A DNA stretch of 63,395 nt, the filler included, from a bacterium (GTDB lineage Bacteria > JAJRZV01): assembly GCA_024275095.1 (NCBI GenBank). It is 5 parts of 5 records of this genome, joined end to end, with 100 filler letters (N's around TTAATTAATTAA, not from the genome) between each part and the next. Parts side by side here need not be neighbours in the genome. Positions count along the whole stretch, not along the records: positions 58,739 to 63,395 come from JAJRZV010000090.1; 4 more parts are not named here. The stretch is one strand, 5' to 3'. Each line of letters opens with the position of its first letter. Position 1 is the stretch's first letter. This document shows positions 61,972 to 63,395 of this stretch, piece by piece. The notes below the pieces were generated by a model, which was given only the letters and a program-made list of their open reading frames with translations, ran no database searches and was not told the origin of the DNA. The position numbers and the translations under genes were made by a program.

Positions 61972-62856
61972 ATGAGATTACCGGTGTCAGTGATTATCCC
62001 TGTCAAGAATGAAGAGGTAAACATAGAAGCATGCCTTCGTTCACTTCTGTGGGCGGATGAGATATTTGTGGTGGACTCTCAGAGCACCGATAGAACAAAA
62101 GAAATCGCAGGAAAATATACGGATAAAATCTATGATTTTACATACAGAGGTGGATGGCCACGAAAAAAGGGTTGGGCACTGGAGCACCTGCCCATATCAA
62201 ATGAGTGGATATTTCTTATAGATGCAGATGAACGCGTTCCAGAAGCTCTGGCTCAAGAAATTGCTCAGGTCATTTCTTCTCCGGATGCAGCCGATGCGTA
62301 TTTTGTCAATAGAAAATTTTACTTTCTTGGCAGGTGGATTAAGCATTGTGGATGGTGGCCTTCGTGGAATATCCGTCTTTTCAAGAAAGGGAAAGCGCGG
62401 TTTGAAAAAATCGCACCTTCCCGTGATGACTCATCTGGTGATGTAGAAATACATGAACATCTTGTTGTTGATGGCCGAATAGATTATCTCAAGGAACCTT
62501 TGATACATGACGATGCAAAAGGGATTGCCGGATTTGTGGAGAAACACAATCGGTATTCAACATGGGAAGTGGATGTTTATGAAAAACTGAAGAAAGGTGA
62601 GTCATATGATGGAGTCGCTCCAAAATTCTTAGGCAATCCTCTCGAACGTAAACGCTTCATCAAGCACCTGTGGGTTCGAATGCCCGGGCGCCCTCTCCTT
62701 CGTTTCTTATACATGTATATTGTGAGAAAGGGTTTTCTTGACGGTTACGAGGGTTTGTTGTTTTGTCTTCTTATGAGTTACCATGAACTTGTTATCAATG
62801 CAAAAATTCGTGAAAGACGTCTTTTCTCCCTTCAGGGGCGGCCTCAAAGGAAGTAG
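61972..62856 (+). CDS. glycosyltransferase family 2 (LPS beta-1,4-glucosyltransferase-like)
   Basis: IPVKNEE, VVDSQSTD.T, IDADE and HE. Confidence 0.88.
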   Translation: MRLPVSVIIPVKNEEVNIEACLRSLLWADEIFVVDSQSTDRTKEIAGKYTDKIYDFTYRGGWPRKKGWALEHLPISNEWIFLIDADERVPEALAQEIAQVISSPDAADAYFVNRKFYFLGRWIKHCGWWPSWNIRLFKKGKARFEKIAPSRDDSSGDVEIHEHLVVDGRIDYLKEPLIHDDAKGIAGFVEKHNRYSTWEVDVYEKLKKGESYDGVAPKFLGNPLERKRFIKHLWVRMPGRPLLRFLYMYIVRKGFLDGYEGLLFCLLMSYHELVINAKIRERRLFSLQGRPQRK

Positions 62857-62859
62857 CAC

Positions 62860-63395
62860 ATGGAATTTATTCACGCCATCTGGACATTTGCTGCTGTTAT
62901 ATTGTGCGCTTTTACCATTGCCTACGCTGCGGAAACAGCCCAATTCCTTGTATCTCAAGGCATGGCTCTGGCGATTCTTGCATGGCTCCAAACGCTTCCT
63001 GAATTCGCAGTCGAAGCTGTTATCGCCTGGGAGGCAGGTAAAGATCCTCAACGGATACATCTTGTAACCGCTAACTTTACGGGCTCTATTCGACTTCTCA
63101 TCGGCTTTGGCTGGCCCCTTGTGTATTTTATCAGCCTGTTTTCCTATGGATGGAAGCAGAAGAAGTGGCAACATGTGATATATCTTGACAAAGAGCACGC
63201 CGTAGAGGTGTTTTTCCTGGCCATAGGAGCATTAATGTGGGTACCTCTCTTGTTCTTATCTCACCTGTCCATGCTCCACGGTGCCATGCTCTCAGTTTTT
63301 TATTTCATATACCTGTACATTTTAATGAAACTTCCTCCAGAGGAAGATGCCGAACAGGCGGCCGGAATTGTTAAGTCTGTACTTTCGAAAGGTAC
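62860..63395 (+). CDS. Na+/Ca2+ (CaCA family) antiporter, 3' end off window
   Basis: Manual translation MEFIH...LAWLQTLPEFAVEA...ANFTGSIRLLIGFGWP, an alpha-repeat-like motif; not in the ORF track. Confidence 0.8.
   Translation, partial: MEFIHAIWTFAAVILCAFTIAYAAETAQFLVSQGMALAILAWLQTLPEFAVEAVIAWEAGKDPQRIHLVTANFTGSIRLLIGFGWPLVYFISLFSYGWKQKKWQHVIYLDKEHAVEVFFLAIGALMWVPLLFLSHLSMLHGAMLSVFYFIYLYILMKLPPEEDAEQAAGIVKSVLSKG

Overview
The window is five contigs joined by artificial 100-bp N/TTAATTAATTAA linkers (1-17225, 17326-28621, 28722-52201, 52302-58638, 58739-63395), so adjacency across linkers is not biological. Gene content suggests a Gram-negative deltaproteobacterium-like (Desulfobacterota/Myxococcota-type), possibly thermophilic bacterium; this is inference. 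Most genes are housekeeping: a wzc-uppS-dxr-rseP-tsaB-ilvD-ilvBNC-psd-pssA-leuACDB run, dprA-topA-lgt, yggS-proC-yggT, pncA/pncB, FBP aldolase/phosphatase, eno, rnr, dgt, secA, argJ, rpsT and smc. Three things stand out. (1) An ECF-sigma module: outer-membrane barrel, sigma, anti-sigma with a periplasmic CBM48 domain, CBM48 lipoprotein, helical protein and a Cys-rich lipoprotein, with two matching GTAAC-N17-CGTTYTA promoters. (2) An AT-rich HUH/Y1 (RAYT-like) transposase with a DnaA-like C-terminal HTH, bounded by 24-bp terminal inverted repeats, carrying a (GGGGTC)3 end and apparently inserted into a hairpin. (3) leuA is interrupted by an in-frame TAG at the boundary of its regulatory domain. 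No rRNA, tRNA or CRISPR array was recognised.
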